A stretch of 64,000 bases of DNA from an uncultured Acidobacteriota bacterium (GCA_963804995.1 CAWDSK010000005.1:1152001-1216000); one strand, 5' to 3'; positions 50,214 through 60,775 are shown, numbered from the stretch's first letter. The notes: a model not told the origin generated them from the sequence alone. Translations and numbers: made by a program.

Positions 50214-51656
50214 TCATGCAGCCATGACGGCAATAGATGACGAAGTGGGCCCATGAATGGGCAACGTGAAAGAGAACTTTGATCCGACACCGACTTTGCT
50301 CTCCACCCACACGCGACCACTATGGGATTCGACAAGGCGTTTCACGATCGCAAGCCCCAAGCCAGTGCTTTTCTCCCCGGCCGTGGGGCGAACGCTGGTT
50401 CGCCCGAAATCGGTGAACAACTTTCGCAGTTCTTTTTGGGGAACCCCCTGTCCTTGGTCGGAAACAGAGATTACCACTTCCTCGCCAGCCCGGTGTGCAT
50501 GGATGGTGATCCGGCTATTGGGATGGGAAAACTTGATGGCGTTAGTGATGAGGTTGTTCAGCACTTGGTTGACGCGATTGACATCCAAGTTGACCCTGGG
50601 CAGGTCTGGTTCCAGGTTCAGGTCAAATTCAATGGATTTCATTCGGCCCAGCATGCTGTTGACTTCGTAGCAATCGCGCAAGCTCTCAGCCAGATCAACT
50701 TTCTGCAGCTTGAGGTCCAATTCCCCCGCTTCGATGGTGCTTACATCCAGCAACTCATTGATTAAAACCAGCATACTCTCGCAAGCCTTGTCCATCTTTT
50801 GCATAACGGCCCGCTGCGAGTCGGAAATCGACCCCAGGTGGTCGCCCAGGAAAAGGCTTAGGAATCCCTTGATGCCGCCGAGTGGGTTCCGCAGATCGTG
50901 AGCGGCAATCCCCAGGAATTTATTCTTGAGTTCGTTGAGTTCAACCAGTTGCTGATATAGCTTGCCTTTCTCCACAATCAGCGCGAGTTGTCCGGCAATT
51001 TGCTGGAAGATCTCCACATGGGCCTTTATGTAAGTGTGGGGAAGCATGCTACTAAAGAACATGAAACCAATAGATTTCCCCATGGCGATAAGTGGGCATG
51101 TCAAGCTGGAACGCATCCCCTCATCCACGATTCTATGGGTAGAATCGGATGCGGGATGCTCTTGAAGGTACTCTTGGAGGTCGTTGAGAATCCGAGGCTG
51201 GCCCGTCTCAATAATCTTCTCTAAGCTGCTTCCCTCTAACGGGGCCGCATAGCCCTTACTGATCTTCATGACAGGAGCGTTCGAGCGCGCCCAGCGGGCG
51301 CGGACAAGGGTTCCATTCCGATCGAGAAGTGAAAAACCAATCCGATCGTACGGAATGATGGGGCGAAAGGACTCGAAGACGTAATTCAGCACCTCATCTA
51401 GGATGAGACCAGCATTGATCCTCTCGGTGACCTTGCTGAGCGTATTGATTTCATCAAACCTTGACTTGAGGGTGTGGCCCAGTTCGAGCAAGGCTTTCCC
51501 CAAGGCCGCCACTTCGTCCTTGCCGTCGCTTGGAATAGGAACTCGAAATTGCCCTTCTTTCATGGCTACGGTGGCCTTACGATACATGATGATTCGATGG
51601 TCATCCATGGTAACCTTCTCCTCGTGCTCCGTGAAAGGTCTGTACGTTTGCGTCAA
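50214..51656 (-). CDS. GAF sensor histidine kinase
   Basis: HAMP-like N-terminus, GAF, AAHDLRNP, NAIKFS, STGLGL. Confidence 0.92.
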   Translation of the reverse strand: MTQTYRPFTEHEEKVTMDDHRIIMYRKATVAMKEGQFRVPIPSDGKDEVAALGKALLELGHTLKSRFDEINTLSKVTERINAGLILDEVLNYVFESFRPIIPYDRIGFSLLDRNGTLVRARWARSNAPVMKISKGYAAPLEGSSLEKIIETGQPRILNDLQEYLQEHPASDSTHRIVDEGMRSSLTCPLIAMGKSIGFMFFSSMLPHTYIKAHVEIFQQIAGQLALIVEKGKLYQQLVELNELKNKFLGIAAHDLRNPLGGIKGFLSLFLGDHLGSISDSQRAVMQKMDKACESMLVLINELLDVSTIEAGELDLKLQKVDLAESLRDCYEVNSMLGRMKSIEFDLNLEPDLPRVNLDVNRVNQVLNNLITNAIKFSHPNSRITIHAHRAGEEVVISVSDQGQGVPQKELRKLFTDFGRTSVRPTAGEKSTGLGLAIVKRLVESHSGRVWVESKVGVGSKFSFTLPIHGPTSSSIAVMAA

Positions 51657-51753
51657 GTGATGTCTTGGAAAGCAAATTGATCATTCAGTATCCGTAGAGT
51701 TCGGCCTTACGCAAGGCGTGGCACTGCAGCTTTCAATCTGAAAGGCCAACACA

Positions 51754-53217
51754 ATGGGCAAAGAGAACCTCGACGAATTGGACAAACCGAATTCAGACGC
51801 AAGGACCCCTGGGATCGAGCCGCTTGGCCACCCTACTCCCCCCCTGGTGATTCTTGCCATTGATGACGACCCCGGAATGCTCAGGTTCTATAAGGCAGCA
51901 CTAACCAATGAGGATGTCCGCGTCGAAAGCTCGACGGATCCAATTTATGGCGTGGAATTAGTGGAAACCCTCAACCCTGATTTAATCTTGCTGGACCTTA
52001 CCATGCCAGGTATTGATGGCATGGAAGCCCTGCGGCGAATTCGCGCGCGCGATCCTGAGGCACGGGTCGTGATGATAACCGGGGATTATTCAATTGAGTC
52101 TGCCATTAAAGCCATTCAGGCGGGGGCTACGGATTATGTGTGCAAGCCCATCAGCCCGGAGAAAGCGCGCAAAATCGTTCAGGAAACCCTGGAGCAAGCG
52201 GACATTACGCGACGCGAGAGCACTCTGGAAATGCAGTTTGCTGATGTTTTCAGCCTGGAGGGCATGATTGGCCGCAGTCCACGGATGCTGGAGCTTTTCG
52301 ATCTGGTTCGCCGCGTGGCACCGCACCTACGGACCGCCCTGATCACGGGGGAGACAGGGACAGGAAAAGAGCTGGTGGCTCGAGCTTTACATAAGCTGAG
52401 CCCTCGGGGCCAGCAACGCGTTGCGGTGTTCAACTGCAGCGCACTCGTTGACACCCTAGCCGAAAGCCAGCTGTTTGGTCACCGGAAGGGGGCTTTCACG
52501 GGGGCCATAAGCGATCAAATGGGGATCTTCGAGTGGGCCAATGGGGGCACGGTCTTTCTTGATGAGGTGGGCGACTTAAGCCCGACAGCACAATCAAAGC
52601 TCTTGCGGGTGTTAGAAAATGGCGAAGTGCAGAAGCTGGGCCTTCCGCAAGCCATCCGAGTTGACGTGCAAGTGATCGCTGCGACAAGCCGTGATTTGAA
52701 CGTGGAAATGAGGTCCAACCGGTTCCGGCCGGACCTCTGGTACCGGCTGAATATGGTCCAGATTCAAATCCCCCCTCTACGGGATCGCCGGGAAGATATC
52801 TTGCTGCTGGCGCGACGTTTTCTTCTGGATTTCGCTTCCCAATATCGCAAGGAGATTCACAAGATCTCACGACGGGCGGAGTCTGCTCTGCTGGCATATT
52901 CCTGGCCTGGCAACGTTCGGGAATTGGAAAACGTCATCGGTCGCGGTTGCATGCTAACCCGGACAAGAATGCTCGATTTGGAAGACTTGCCGGAAGAAGT
53001 AAGGAATCAATCTGCCCCGGCCGCCACGTCATCGACGACCATGGAGGAAGCGGAGAAACAGGCCGTCATTCGAGCTCTAGGCGAAACGAAGAATAAGGCC
53101 CTTGCGGCACGCAAGCTGGGAATCAGTCGCGCTCGGCTTTATCGCTTGATGGAGAAGTACGGTTTGGCCGATGATCCTTCTGCCGAAGGACGGTTCAACG
53201 AGTCAGCCGGAGAGTAG
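51754..53217 (+). CDS. sigma54-dependent response regulator (NtrC/AtoC-like)
   Basis: REC, GETGTGKE, GAFTGA, FLDEVG, WPGNVREL, Fis-type HTH. Confidence 0.95.
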   Translation: MGKENLDELDKPNSDARTPGIEPLGHPTPPLVILAIDDDPGMLRFYKAALTNEDVRVESSTDPIYGVELVETLNPDLILLDLTMPGIDGMEALRRIRARDPEARVVMITGDYSIESAIKAIQAGATDYVCKPISPEKARKIVQETLEQADITRRESTLEMQFADVFSLEGMIGRSPRMLELFDLVRRVAPHLRTALITGETGTGKELVARALHKLSPRGQQRVAVFNCSALVDTLAESQLFGHRKGAFTGAISDQMGIFEWANGGTVFLDEVGDLSPTAQSKLLRVLENGEVQKLGLPQAIRVDVQVIAATSRDLNVEMRSNRFRPDLWYRLNMVQIQIPPLRDRREDILLLARRFLLDFASQYRKEIHKISRRAESALLAYSWPGNVRELENVIGRGCMLTRTRMLDLEDLPEEVRNQSAPAATSSTTMEEAEKQAVIRALGETKNKALAARKLGISRARLYRLMEKYGLADDPSAEGRFNESAGE

Positions 53218-53497
53218 GGGATTCTATTGCGTGAGGTGAATCTCATTGAAACGGCTCCTTGCTTCACTTCACCGGGGGATGGGAGTCTGACCACGACATC
53301 TGATTGTTGGCGCCGGACAGACATTAACCGAAATTTCGCAAACACCCAGTCTGAACAAACGAAGGGAAGAGCTGGATTATCGGTATCCTTCTGCCATCTT
53401 GTCCGAGGCTAAGGCTCTCCACCTGTAGGCTATTGGCCATCGACGAATTCCACCGACAATAGATTGGGAAATGAAAGGGCTATCGGGCCTGTCTTCC

Positions 53498-53872
53498 TCA
53501 GCCGAGGGAAGCTGACCCGTGCAAGACCTGTAAAATACTCCTGATCATTTTCGGGGTGATGGGTTTTCCAGCGATGCACGTGGCTCCGGCCTCCGACCCC
53601 TTGCGTCGGGTTTCAAAGTCGTCGTAGCCGGTGACCAGAACAATCGGAGTCCCACTATTAATGAGTGTCTGGCGAGCCAAGCGCGTCAAGCACAAGCCAT
53701 CAGGTGAGGGCATGTGAACGTCGATGATCATCGCATCAAAATGGTGGTCAGTGATGTGCTTGGCTGCCTCTACGCTGTCCATCACGGCTAGGAATTCAAC
53801 GCCAGAGTGGTCTAAGAAGCACGACATTGCTCTGAGAGTGTCTTTCTCGTCGTCCACAAGCAGAACTCGCAT
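53498..53872 (-). CDS. single-domain response regulator
   Basis: VLLVDDE, IIDVHMP, GKP. Confidence 0.88.
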   Translation of the reverse strand: MRVLLVDDEKDTLRAMSCFLDHSGVEFLAVMDSVEAAKHITDHHFDAMIIDVHMPSPDGLCLTRLARQTLINSGTPIVLVTGYDDFETRRKGSEAGATCIAGKPITPKMIRSILQVLHGSASLG

Positions 53873-53965
53873 CGAATTCTTAACCTCCTGATTTCAAAAT
53901 CGCCGGCCCCCAGCCGTCGCCCTCCACAATAGGGTCGCAACAAACAAAATCCTAGGGGCACAAGC

Positions 53966-55138
53966 TCATGCCGTTGCATTGAAGGACCGAAGGTCATGGT
54001 CGATTTGGGCAGTTGGTACGAGCTTCCCTCGCTCAATTCCCAATGAACTTATCAATCCATTTCTGTCTTGGAGTTCAGCCCAGGTTCCCTCATCAATTGA
54101 AAGGAAGGCAGAAACTACCTCCGGGTCGAACTGTTTTCCGGATTGCTGAATGATTTCCTCGTGGGCCACGGCAAAAGACGTGGCCCGGCGATACGGCCGA
54201 TCTGAAATCAAGGCGTCCAGGGTGTCACCCACAGCAAAAATCCTGGCCCCCAGTGGAATCTCTCCCCCCAACAAGCCATGGGGGTAGCCTGTCCCATCAA
54301 ACCGCTCGTGGTGGGCTAGGACAATCTCGGCTGCACCCACCAGGAACTCAATGTGGTTCAAGAGGCTGAATCCTACTATCACGTGTGTCTCCATCACTGT
54401 GCGCTCCTCATCCGTAAGGGGGCATGGTTTCATCAGGATGGCGTCAGGCATCCCGATTTTTCCGATATCGTGCAAAAGAGCGCCCCGCGCTATCGTATTC
54501 ATTTGCTCTTTGCTACAGCCCATCCTTTTCGCAATTTCCACGGCGTACGCCATCACGCGCCGCGAATGGCCAGCCGTGTCGTTGTCTCTTAAATCCAAGG
54601 CTGCTGCGAGTGCTTGCAGGGTCTCATCGTAGGTTTGCTCGATCCGCCACATCGCCCCGCGGAGCTGATCGGTCCTCTGTTGGACAATTTCCTCGAGATG
54701 CAGGCGATAATTCTCCAATTCACATTCCAGCTTCTTTTGTTCCAGCACATGGTTGACACTGACCAACACGGCCTCAAGGTGCAAAGGCTTCAGCAGATAA
54801 TCGTCAGCCCCCTCTTTCATTGCCTGAATTCCCACCCGGACGTCATCCACGCCCGTCACCATCACGAAGGCCAAGTGAAGGTGCTTATCCCGGGCAAATC
54901 GCAAGAGCTCCAGGCCGCTTATTCCGGGCATACGAACATCGCAGAGAACAGCTTCAAATCTCTGAGTGTTTATCAAATGCAACGCTTCCTGACTGCTCTG
55001 ACACTCAAGGCAACTGTAACCCACATGTCGCAGCATCTCAGCCAGCAGCTTCGTAATGCTCGGCTCGTCGTCCACGATCAAGATTCCGGGCTTCGAGTTG
55101 GAACTCACTAGGGTTGAGCGTGATTGAATCTCTGCCAT
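53966..55138 (-). CDS. REC-HD-GYP cyclic di-GMP phosphodiesterase
   Basis: REC, GHSRRV, LHDIGKIG, HHERFDGTGYP, DRPYR. Confidence 0.93.
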   Translation of the reverse strand: MAEIQSRSTLVSSNSKPGILIVDDEPSITKLLAEMLRHVGYSCLECQSSQEALHLINTQRFEAVLCDVRMPGISGLELLRFARDKHLHLAFVMVTGVDDVRVGIQAMKEGADDYLLKPLHLEAVLVSVNHVLEQKKLECELENYRLHLEEIVQQRTDQLRGAMWRIEQTYDETLQALAAALDLRDNDTAGHSRRVMAYAVEIAKRMGCSKEQMNTIARGALLHDIGKIGMPDAILMKPCPLTDEERTVMETHVIVGFSLLNHIEFLVGAAEIVLAHHERFDGTGYPHGLLGGEIPLGARIFAVGDTLDALISDRPYRRATSFAVAHEEIIQQSGKQFDPEVVSAFLSIDEGTWAELQDRNGLISSLGIERGKLVPTAQIDHDLRSFNATA

Positions 55139-55354
55139 GGTTATCGAACCTCATTTTCCACGAAAAACCGACCCGATGGTTCAAGGCTCGTCAGTTTGAG
55201 TCCACTATCGGGACAATAGACTAAGACCGACCCCAAGGAGCCACGAGTTTTGTCACTCGCCACTCTAAGAAAAAGCAGAATTGGCAGGGTGCGCCCAAAC
55301 AGTCTCTGTACCGCGTCGCACCTTTTCAATCCTCGGCGACCCGTTCCCTTTAGA

Positions 55355-55369
55355 GCAAATTGCCAGCCA
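55355..55369 (-). promoter_or_regulatory. putative sigma54 promoter upstream of the HD-GYP gene
   Basis: TGGCTGGCAATTTGC (GG-N10-GC with TTGC at -12). Confidence 0.4.
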
Positions 55370-55580
55370 TTTATTGATAACCACTTCAACCTTTAAGAGT
55401 CTTGAATCCAAGGGATTGGCGAACTGTATACGACCGCCCTAGGCAGAGTCTGTTATAAATAGTGTCCTTAGTTTCCGAATGTGCATCAAGTTGAGCCAAT
55501 GCTTGTGGAGTCCATTGAAGCCCTGCCTGCAAAGGAAATAATCCGCAGCGCCTGTGAACCGTAATACGGCAAGGCAGAGA

Positions 55581-57020
55581 CTAGCAGCGAACAATTTTTT
55601 CGCGATTATCCCTTACACGGGCCGTAGCATTTCTCGTGTCGATGACCAGAGCGCTTTCACGGACGACCTGATCGTAATCGATGGCACCATGGTCGGTGAC
55701 TATCAAAGCACAGTCATATGCGCGCAGCGTCTCAGCGGTGAGTGGAACAGATTCCAGGCCGAAGTTGTATCCCCGCATCTTGCCAATACGGGGAACAAAG
55801 GGATCGTGATAGGCGACCACGGATCCCTTAGCCTCCAACAATTCCATGATTTTCATGGCCGGAGATTCACGGACGTTGTCGATGTCCTTCTTATAGGCAA
55901 CACCCAAAATCAGCACTTTCGAGCTGTGCAACGCTTTCCCCTGCCGGCTGAGACCTTCTACCACGGCATCTACCACGTGGTAGGGCATGGCCGCATTAGT
56001 CTCCCCTGCCAATTCAATGAAGCGGGTTGGGAACTCATACTCGCGCGCCTTCCAGGTGAGGTAAAACGGATCGATGGGAATGCAATGCCCTCCGAGGCCG
56101 GGTCCTGGATAGAAGGCCTTGAAACCAAACGGTTTGGATTTTGCTGCTTCTATCACTTCCCAGATGTCGATTCCCATGCGCATCGACAACAGTTTGAGCT
56201 CATTCACAAGTGCGATGTTCACACATCGGTAGATGTTTTCCAGGAGTTTGGTCATTTCTGCCGCGCGCGAAGAGCTCACCATAATGGTCTGCTCAAAGGC
56301 GCTTTGGTAGAGGGCCTGTGCAGCTAATGCACTGGGACCGTTCACTCCCCCTACAACCTTGGGAACCTGGTGATTCTGGAATTGCTTGTTCCCGGGGTCC
56401 TCTCGTTCCGGGGAAAAAGCCAGGAAGAATTCGGGGTCTGAGCTATCTCCCGAGGTCACAGTATGGCCGTCGGTTGTGTAGGTTGAAACCGGGCAGAGCA
56501 ATCCCATTCTTTTTAGAACAGGGAGAAGCTCTTCGTCGGTCGTTCCGGGGTAGGTCGTGCTTTCTAGTACAACGAGCTGGCCGGGTCGCAGATGCATGCT
56601 GATCTCCATCGCCGTGGCCCTTACGAATGAAAGATTGGGTTCACGATGCCTATCGAGAGGAGTTGGAACACAGATAATAATGGCATCCATCTCTCGAAGT
56701 CCTGCAAAGTCAGTACAAGGCTTGAATCGGTCGTGCTCAATCTGCTCGGTGACCATCTTGCTGGGAATGTGTTTGATATAACTCTCTCCCCGCTGAAGCT
56801 TTTCAACTTTAACGGGGTCGATATCAAAGCCTGAAGCTCGGAACCCTTTTCGGGCAAAGAGCAGAGCCAATGGCAGACCGACATAACCCAGGCCGATGAC
56901 GCCTACTTGGGCGGTCTTATTCTCCAACTTGCTGCACAGGGCAGCAAGCGAACCGGCTGCGGCGACTGGTTCTCTTGCTTTTCCCGACGTGGTCATCACT
57001 TGAGTTGATAGCCAGTCCAT
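55581..57020 (-). CDS. nucleotide-sugar dehydrogenase (WbpA/WecC-like UDP-HexNAc 6-dehydrogenase)
   Basis: GLGYVGLPLA, CVPTP, ESTTYPGTT, SPEREDPG, GPGLGGHCIPIDP, YKKDIDNVRESP; AGGAG SD before ATG 57020. Confidence 0.93.
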   Translation of the reverse strand: MDWLSTQVMTTSGKAREPVAAAGSLAALCSKLENKTAQVGVIGLGYVGLPLALLFARKGFRASGFDIDPVKVEKLQRGESYIKHIPSKMVTEQIEHDRFKPCTDFAGLREMDAIIICVPTPLDRHREPNLSFVRATAMEISMHLRPGQLVVLESTTYPGTTDEELLPVLKRMGLLCPVSTYTTDGHTVTSGDSSDPEFFLAFSPEREDPGNKQFQNHQVPKVVGGVNGPSALAAQALYQSAFEQTIMVSSSRAAEMTKLLENIYRCVNIALVNELKLLSMRMGIDIWEVIEAAKSKPFGFKAFYPGPGLGGHCIPIDPFYLTWKAREYEFPTRFIELAGETNAAMPYHVVDAVVEGLSRQGKALHSSKVLILGVAYKKDIDNVRESPAMKIMELLEAKGSVVAYHDPFVPRIGKMRGYNFGLESVPLTAETLRAYDCALIVTDHGAIDYDQVVRESALVIDTRNATARVRDNREKIVRC

Positions 57021-57117
57021 TTTAAGATTCTCCTGGATTTGAATACTTGGGTTTCTATTCCACTTTGCGAGCGTAGGGCGCTCGCTTGCGGCGCCACACT
57101 TGATCTGCCTTGGAATT

Positions 57118-57612
57118 TCACTCCATTTCACGAATGGCCTTCGCGGTTTGTGCGACCATACCTCGGTGGTTCCTCCGCAACACAACGATGGCGGTGGAAA
57201 GCACGAAGAGACCCAGGAAGGCTCCGGTCGTATCGGCTAGGCAGTCGAACAAAGACGCGTGCCTTCCAGGGACGAACAACTGGTGAAACTCATCCGTCAG
57301 CGAGTAACAACCCGAAGCCAATAGCGTCCAGCAGGCAGCTTTTCGCGACCAGAAGGGGTCACCCACCGGTTTCAAGGCGTTATAGAGGAACACCGCTAAA
57401 ACCGCATACTCTGAGAGGTGCGCAGACTTCCTTAGCAGGTTGTTCAGCAGATCGAGGTTATTGGGGAGAATTGAAATTGATAACCAATCGAGGGCTTTGG
57501 AAAGAAGTTTTTCAGTTGAGGCTGACGCATAAGTCGCTCTCGAGAGGTTGAAGACAATCACCGCCCAGGTTGCAGTCAGGAGCCACCAGACTATTTTCAT
57601 GAACGATTCCAT
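57118..57612 (-). CDS. VanZ-family membrane protein
   Basis: RKSAHLSEYAVL, DEFHQLFVPGR..S..D..AD..G. Confidence 0.88.
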   Translation of the reverse strand: MESFMKIVWWLLTATWAVIVFNLSRATYASASTEKLLSKALDWLSISILPNNLDLLNNLLRKSAHLSEYAVLAVFLYNALKPVGDPFWSRKAACWTLLASGCYSLTDEFHQLFVPGRHASLFDCLADTTGAFLGLFVLSTAIVVLRRNHRGMVAQTAKAIREME

Positions 57613-57929
57613 AAGCCAGCCTCTCCTATTACTGACAACAAACGACATGGGCCCTTGGTACATCGTGTAAGTCAAGGGGTTTTACGGTGATACGCACAAT
57701 CCGGTTTTCCATCCGCTGGAGGCCGAATTCATTGTGGTCTCCGGCGCTTGTGGACTTACGAACGACACCCAAGGGCAGGCCACTTTAGATAACGGCTCCT
57801 GCGACGCTCAAGGCGATAGAGGGCCCCGTGCGATAGATCAAAGACTGGCGGAATTGGACGTAATGTGGGGGAAATCCTCGGTTTGGAGCTGAACCTCTGC
57901 TTGATCGCCAATCGGTGTTCTCTTCGGCG

Positions 57930-58109
57930 TCACGGGAGCCTCTGCCTAGCCGGGCATAGCTGGCGGAACGCCGCGTCGATCGGTTCCACATCCTCTTCGT
58001 TTACTTCGACCGCGACACTCTGCTTGATGAGGCTCTTCGAGGTCACCACGCGTACTCCCCCTCCTTTACTCCCCAGTGCTCCCATGTGATTCACCAAGGT
58101 CGAGGACAT
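57930..58109 (-). pseudogene. stand-alone or degenerate NusG/UpxY C-terminal (KOW-like) fragment, 59 aa
   Basis: GGGVRVVTSKSLIKQSVAVEVNEEDVEPI aligns with SGGLRVVLSVELIRQAAAVEVDADDVEAI of 60776..61402. Confidence 0.55.
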
Positions 58110-58319
58110 GAACTTCTTCAGCCGTCTTGAGCCGCCAGGTGTCCCGCATATTCGTTCTCAAGCAGGTGGCCTCAATGTCGCCGCCACGAAATTTTCTGAC
58201 TGTGGGCCTTTTCCCTGGGTTTACGAACCCGTGCAGCAAACAAGTGATCGTGACCCGTTGCGGGGGTCGCCGCTTTGGCCATCGACCTGGCCCTTAGCAT
58301 CCGTCTTGCCACTGGGGGA

Positions 58320-58619
58320 CTAAAGAAGGTTGGTAAGCAAATACAGGTTGTCGCGGACGAGACGTGCCAGACGCACGGACGCCCGAACTTTCCAGCGGGG
58401 CAGTCTGGTCACATATGCGAAACTTCGGGTGAGAGCTTGCTGACGGGGCACAGGGCCCAAGAGTGGACCTTGCGGCTGCGCGAAAAGCAGAGCCACCACA
58501 ATAATCGTGAACATCACCAGGAACTGGATCAGGAAGAACGTAAGAGTGAACGTCATGACGATATTCATTGCGACCAACCTGCCGGCCGTCGCTGCCCAAA
58601 CTGGATTACGCAGCCACAT
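58320..58619 (-). CDS. hypothetical single-TM protein or degraded gene
   Basis: Long hydrophobic stretch, co-oriented with the EPS genes; no recognisable family. Confidence 0.3.
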   Translation of the reverse strand: MWLRNPVWAATAGRLVAMNIVMTFTLTFFLIQFLVMFTIIVVALLFAQPQGPLLGPVPRQQALTRSFAYVTRLPRWKVRASVRLARLVRDNLYLLTNLL

Positions 58620-58734
58620 GCCACGATGTATTTCAGCCAGCCGAATTGAAAACGATGCCCGCGAAATGATTCCGCAAAGAAAACATCTTTTGGGTATTTG
58701 AAAGCATATGGGTAGGTGTGATTGGGTTGCCTGA

Positions 58735-60255
58735 TTATTGCCCGGTGCCGGCTAGGACTACACCAATTGTTTTGATGAGAATTCTAAAGTCCAGCCCAAG
58801 GGTCCAGTTATTGACGTATTCCTTATCGAGCTCGATATAGTTTTGGAAGGAGGGATCCCGACGAGCCGTGACTTGCCAGAGCCCGGTCAGCCCCGGAATT
58901 ACATCCAGACGACGAAGGTGTCCAAGAGCGTACTGGGTGTATTCGTCGCAGGCTGAAGGGCGTGGTCCAACCAAGCTCATTTCTCCCTTGAAGACGTTCC
59001 AAAGCTGAGGCAATTCATCAATGCTGAATTTCCGCAGATACCTGCCGACACCCGTGACCCGCGGATCATCGGCAATCTTGAACAAGATTCCATCACGTTC
59101 ATTTAGGTGCCCGAGAGATTCTTTCAAGGTGTCTGCGTTCTCGACCATCGTTCGGAATTTGTAGCAGATAAAAGTCACGCCTTTCCTGCCCACGCGCGAC
59201 GCGCGGTAAAAGACCGGCCCCTTTGAATCAAACTTTACGATGAACGCAACTACTGCGAAGAGTGGTGATAGGAGCACCAAAGTGATTCCGGACAGGACGA
59301 TATCCATTAGGCGCTTAATAATGAGTGGTAACGTAGGTGCGGCATGCTGGCATAGAGTCAAAGTTGGGAACTGTCCGATGTACTCAATGGGCTGGTCCGT
59401 AGCCAGGCCATCGAATAGATCTGGGACTACGCGCGCTTGCACTCGTGCAGCTGTCGCCTTTCTCGCGATGTCCTTGACTAAATGTCGGTCGCTGGGCACG
59501 CTGATGAGAATCTCATCAATGAATTGCGCCCGGGTGATCGCAGGCAATTCGTCCACTGTTCCAAGAAGCCTGGAATCTGCATCGCCATCGCCTTTGTCGT
59601 TTGACCGAGGGTTTCGACGGCGGCACACGAAGCCTTTGACGACGTAGCCCAACTGAGGATTTTGTTCAAGCTGCTGCTGAAGGAGATGCCCAAAGCGTCC
59701 GTTTCCCACGATTAGAACATTCCGCTTTTCCGTGAGCCCAGGGATGGACTGGGAGCGGACGAGTCTACGCCAAGCCGCCATCGAAAGCCAAGTCAGAACA
59801 ACCATCAAGGCGAACGCACCAGCGGAACCGGCTCTACTACCCCCGAGAATTGAGGCCGCGCCGGTTACGATTCCGGCGCAGGTGACCGAATCCGCCAATA
59901 GCTTGAGATCTTCCCGGTAACTCCTTTTCCAAGGAAAATCGTACAAGCCGCGCAAATCGGCAAATAGGACAACCAGCACTGAAAACAGAAACATGAAGCC
60001 GGACGGCGCAACCCTGAAGAACTCCTGGTGCCAAGGATTCTGCATGTCACGGGTGAATGCCAGCAGCACGAGGTAAGCAATCCCTGCGCTAAACCACACC
60101 AGGCATAAGTCAGCAACCACGAAGAATCTGTGCGAGGACGTTTGGCCTTTGACATTTGCGACGCGCGACATGGCATTCTGCTCGCGCCCTTCGCTCGGAG
60201 AACTTTCTTTGTATTGGCCAATCAATCCGACTGCGCCCATAGGAATCTCCTGCAC
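58735..60255 (-). CDS. polyprenyl glycosylphosphotransferase (WcaJ/WbaP-like priming sugar transferase)
   Basis: 4 TM + Rossmann-like domain + KRLMDI, KFRTM, DDPRVTGVG..LRKFSIDELPQLWNV.KGEMSLVGPRP. Confidence 0.94.
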   Translation of the reverse strand: MQEIPMGAVGLIGQYKESSPSEGREQNAMSRVANVKGQTSSHRFFVVADLCLVWFSAGIAYLVLLAFTRDMQNPWHQEFFRVAPSGFMFLFSVLVVLFADLRGLYDFPWKRSYREDLKLLADSVTCAGIVTGAASILGGSRAGSAGAFALMVVLTWLSMAAWRRLVRSQSIPGLTEKRNVLIVGNGRFGHLLQQQLEQNPQLGYVVKGFVCRRRNPRSNDKGDGDADSRLLGTVDELPAITRAQFIDEILISVPSDRHLVKDIARKATAARVQARVVPDLFDGLATDQPIEYIGQFPTLTLCQHAAPTLPLIIKRLMDIVLSGITLVLLSPLFAVVAFIVKFDSKGPVFYRASRVGRKGVTFICYKFRTMVENADTLKESLGHLNERDGILFKIADDPRVTGVGRYLRKFSIDELPQLWNVFKGEMSLVGPRPSACDEYTQYALGHLRRLDVIPGLTGLWQVTARRDPSFQNYIELDKEYVNNWTLGLDFRILIKTIGVVLAGTGQ

Positions 60256-60465
60256 GGTGAAGTGACCGAACCAGGTTAGGCTCTTTGCCGCCGCCCCAAC
60301 CCCTGTGTCATCAAAGCAAGCGAGGGGAAAGCAGGTTCGAATTCGCTGCCCTCAATCGCCGTGATGACAGAGGGTTCTGCCCCACGAGACCTTATGAGCG
60401 GGCATCCCCCACGTGGAAGGTTGCCGGTCCCCTGGCGCGCCTAGGCTAAATGAATAGGATGAGGG

Positions 60466-60630
60466 CTAGCGGCAAATCCTGGCATTATGCGGTGTCGCGC
60501 CCGGGGACGGGAGGCCGAAAGGTATGGGGATGAATCTTTCCACCTTGTGATGACCGGTTTTGTGCATCGCATAGGATAGGCCTAGCCCCATCGCTAGAAG
60601 CAGAGTAATCGCGTGATTGTTAGACCTCAT
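60466..60630 (-). CDS. small hypothetical protein with a signal-like N-terminus (54 aa)
   Basis: Manual translation MRSNNHAITLLLAMGLGLSYAMHKTGHH...; GAGG SD upstream. Confidence 0.35.
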   Translation of the reverse strand: MRSNNHAITLLLAMGLGLSYAMHKTGHHKVERFIPIPFGLPSPGATPHNARICR

Positions 60631-60775
60631 GGTTTCCTCTGGATTGTATTTGGCGGGACTTCTTAGTGAAACCGCCTCCCGTTGGGGATTGAGAATGATC
60701 CAGGGCGAGCTTCCCGGTGACTGTACGTGCTGAACCTCTTGAGCGCGGTTGACTCAGGGCTGGGGCCTGAGACAG

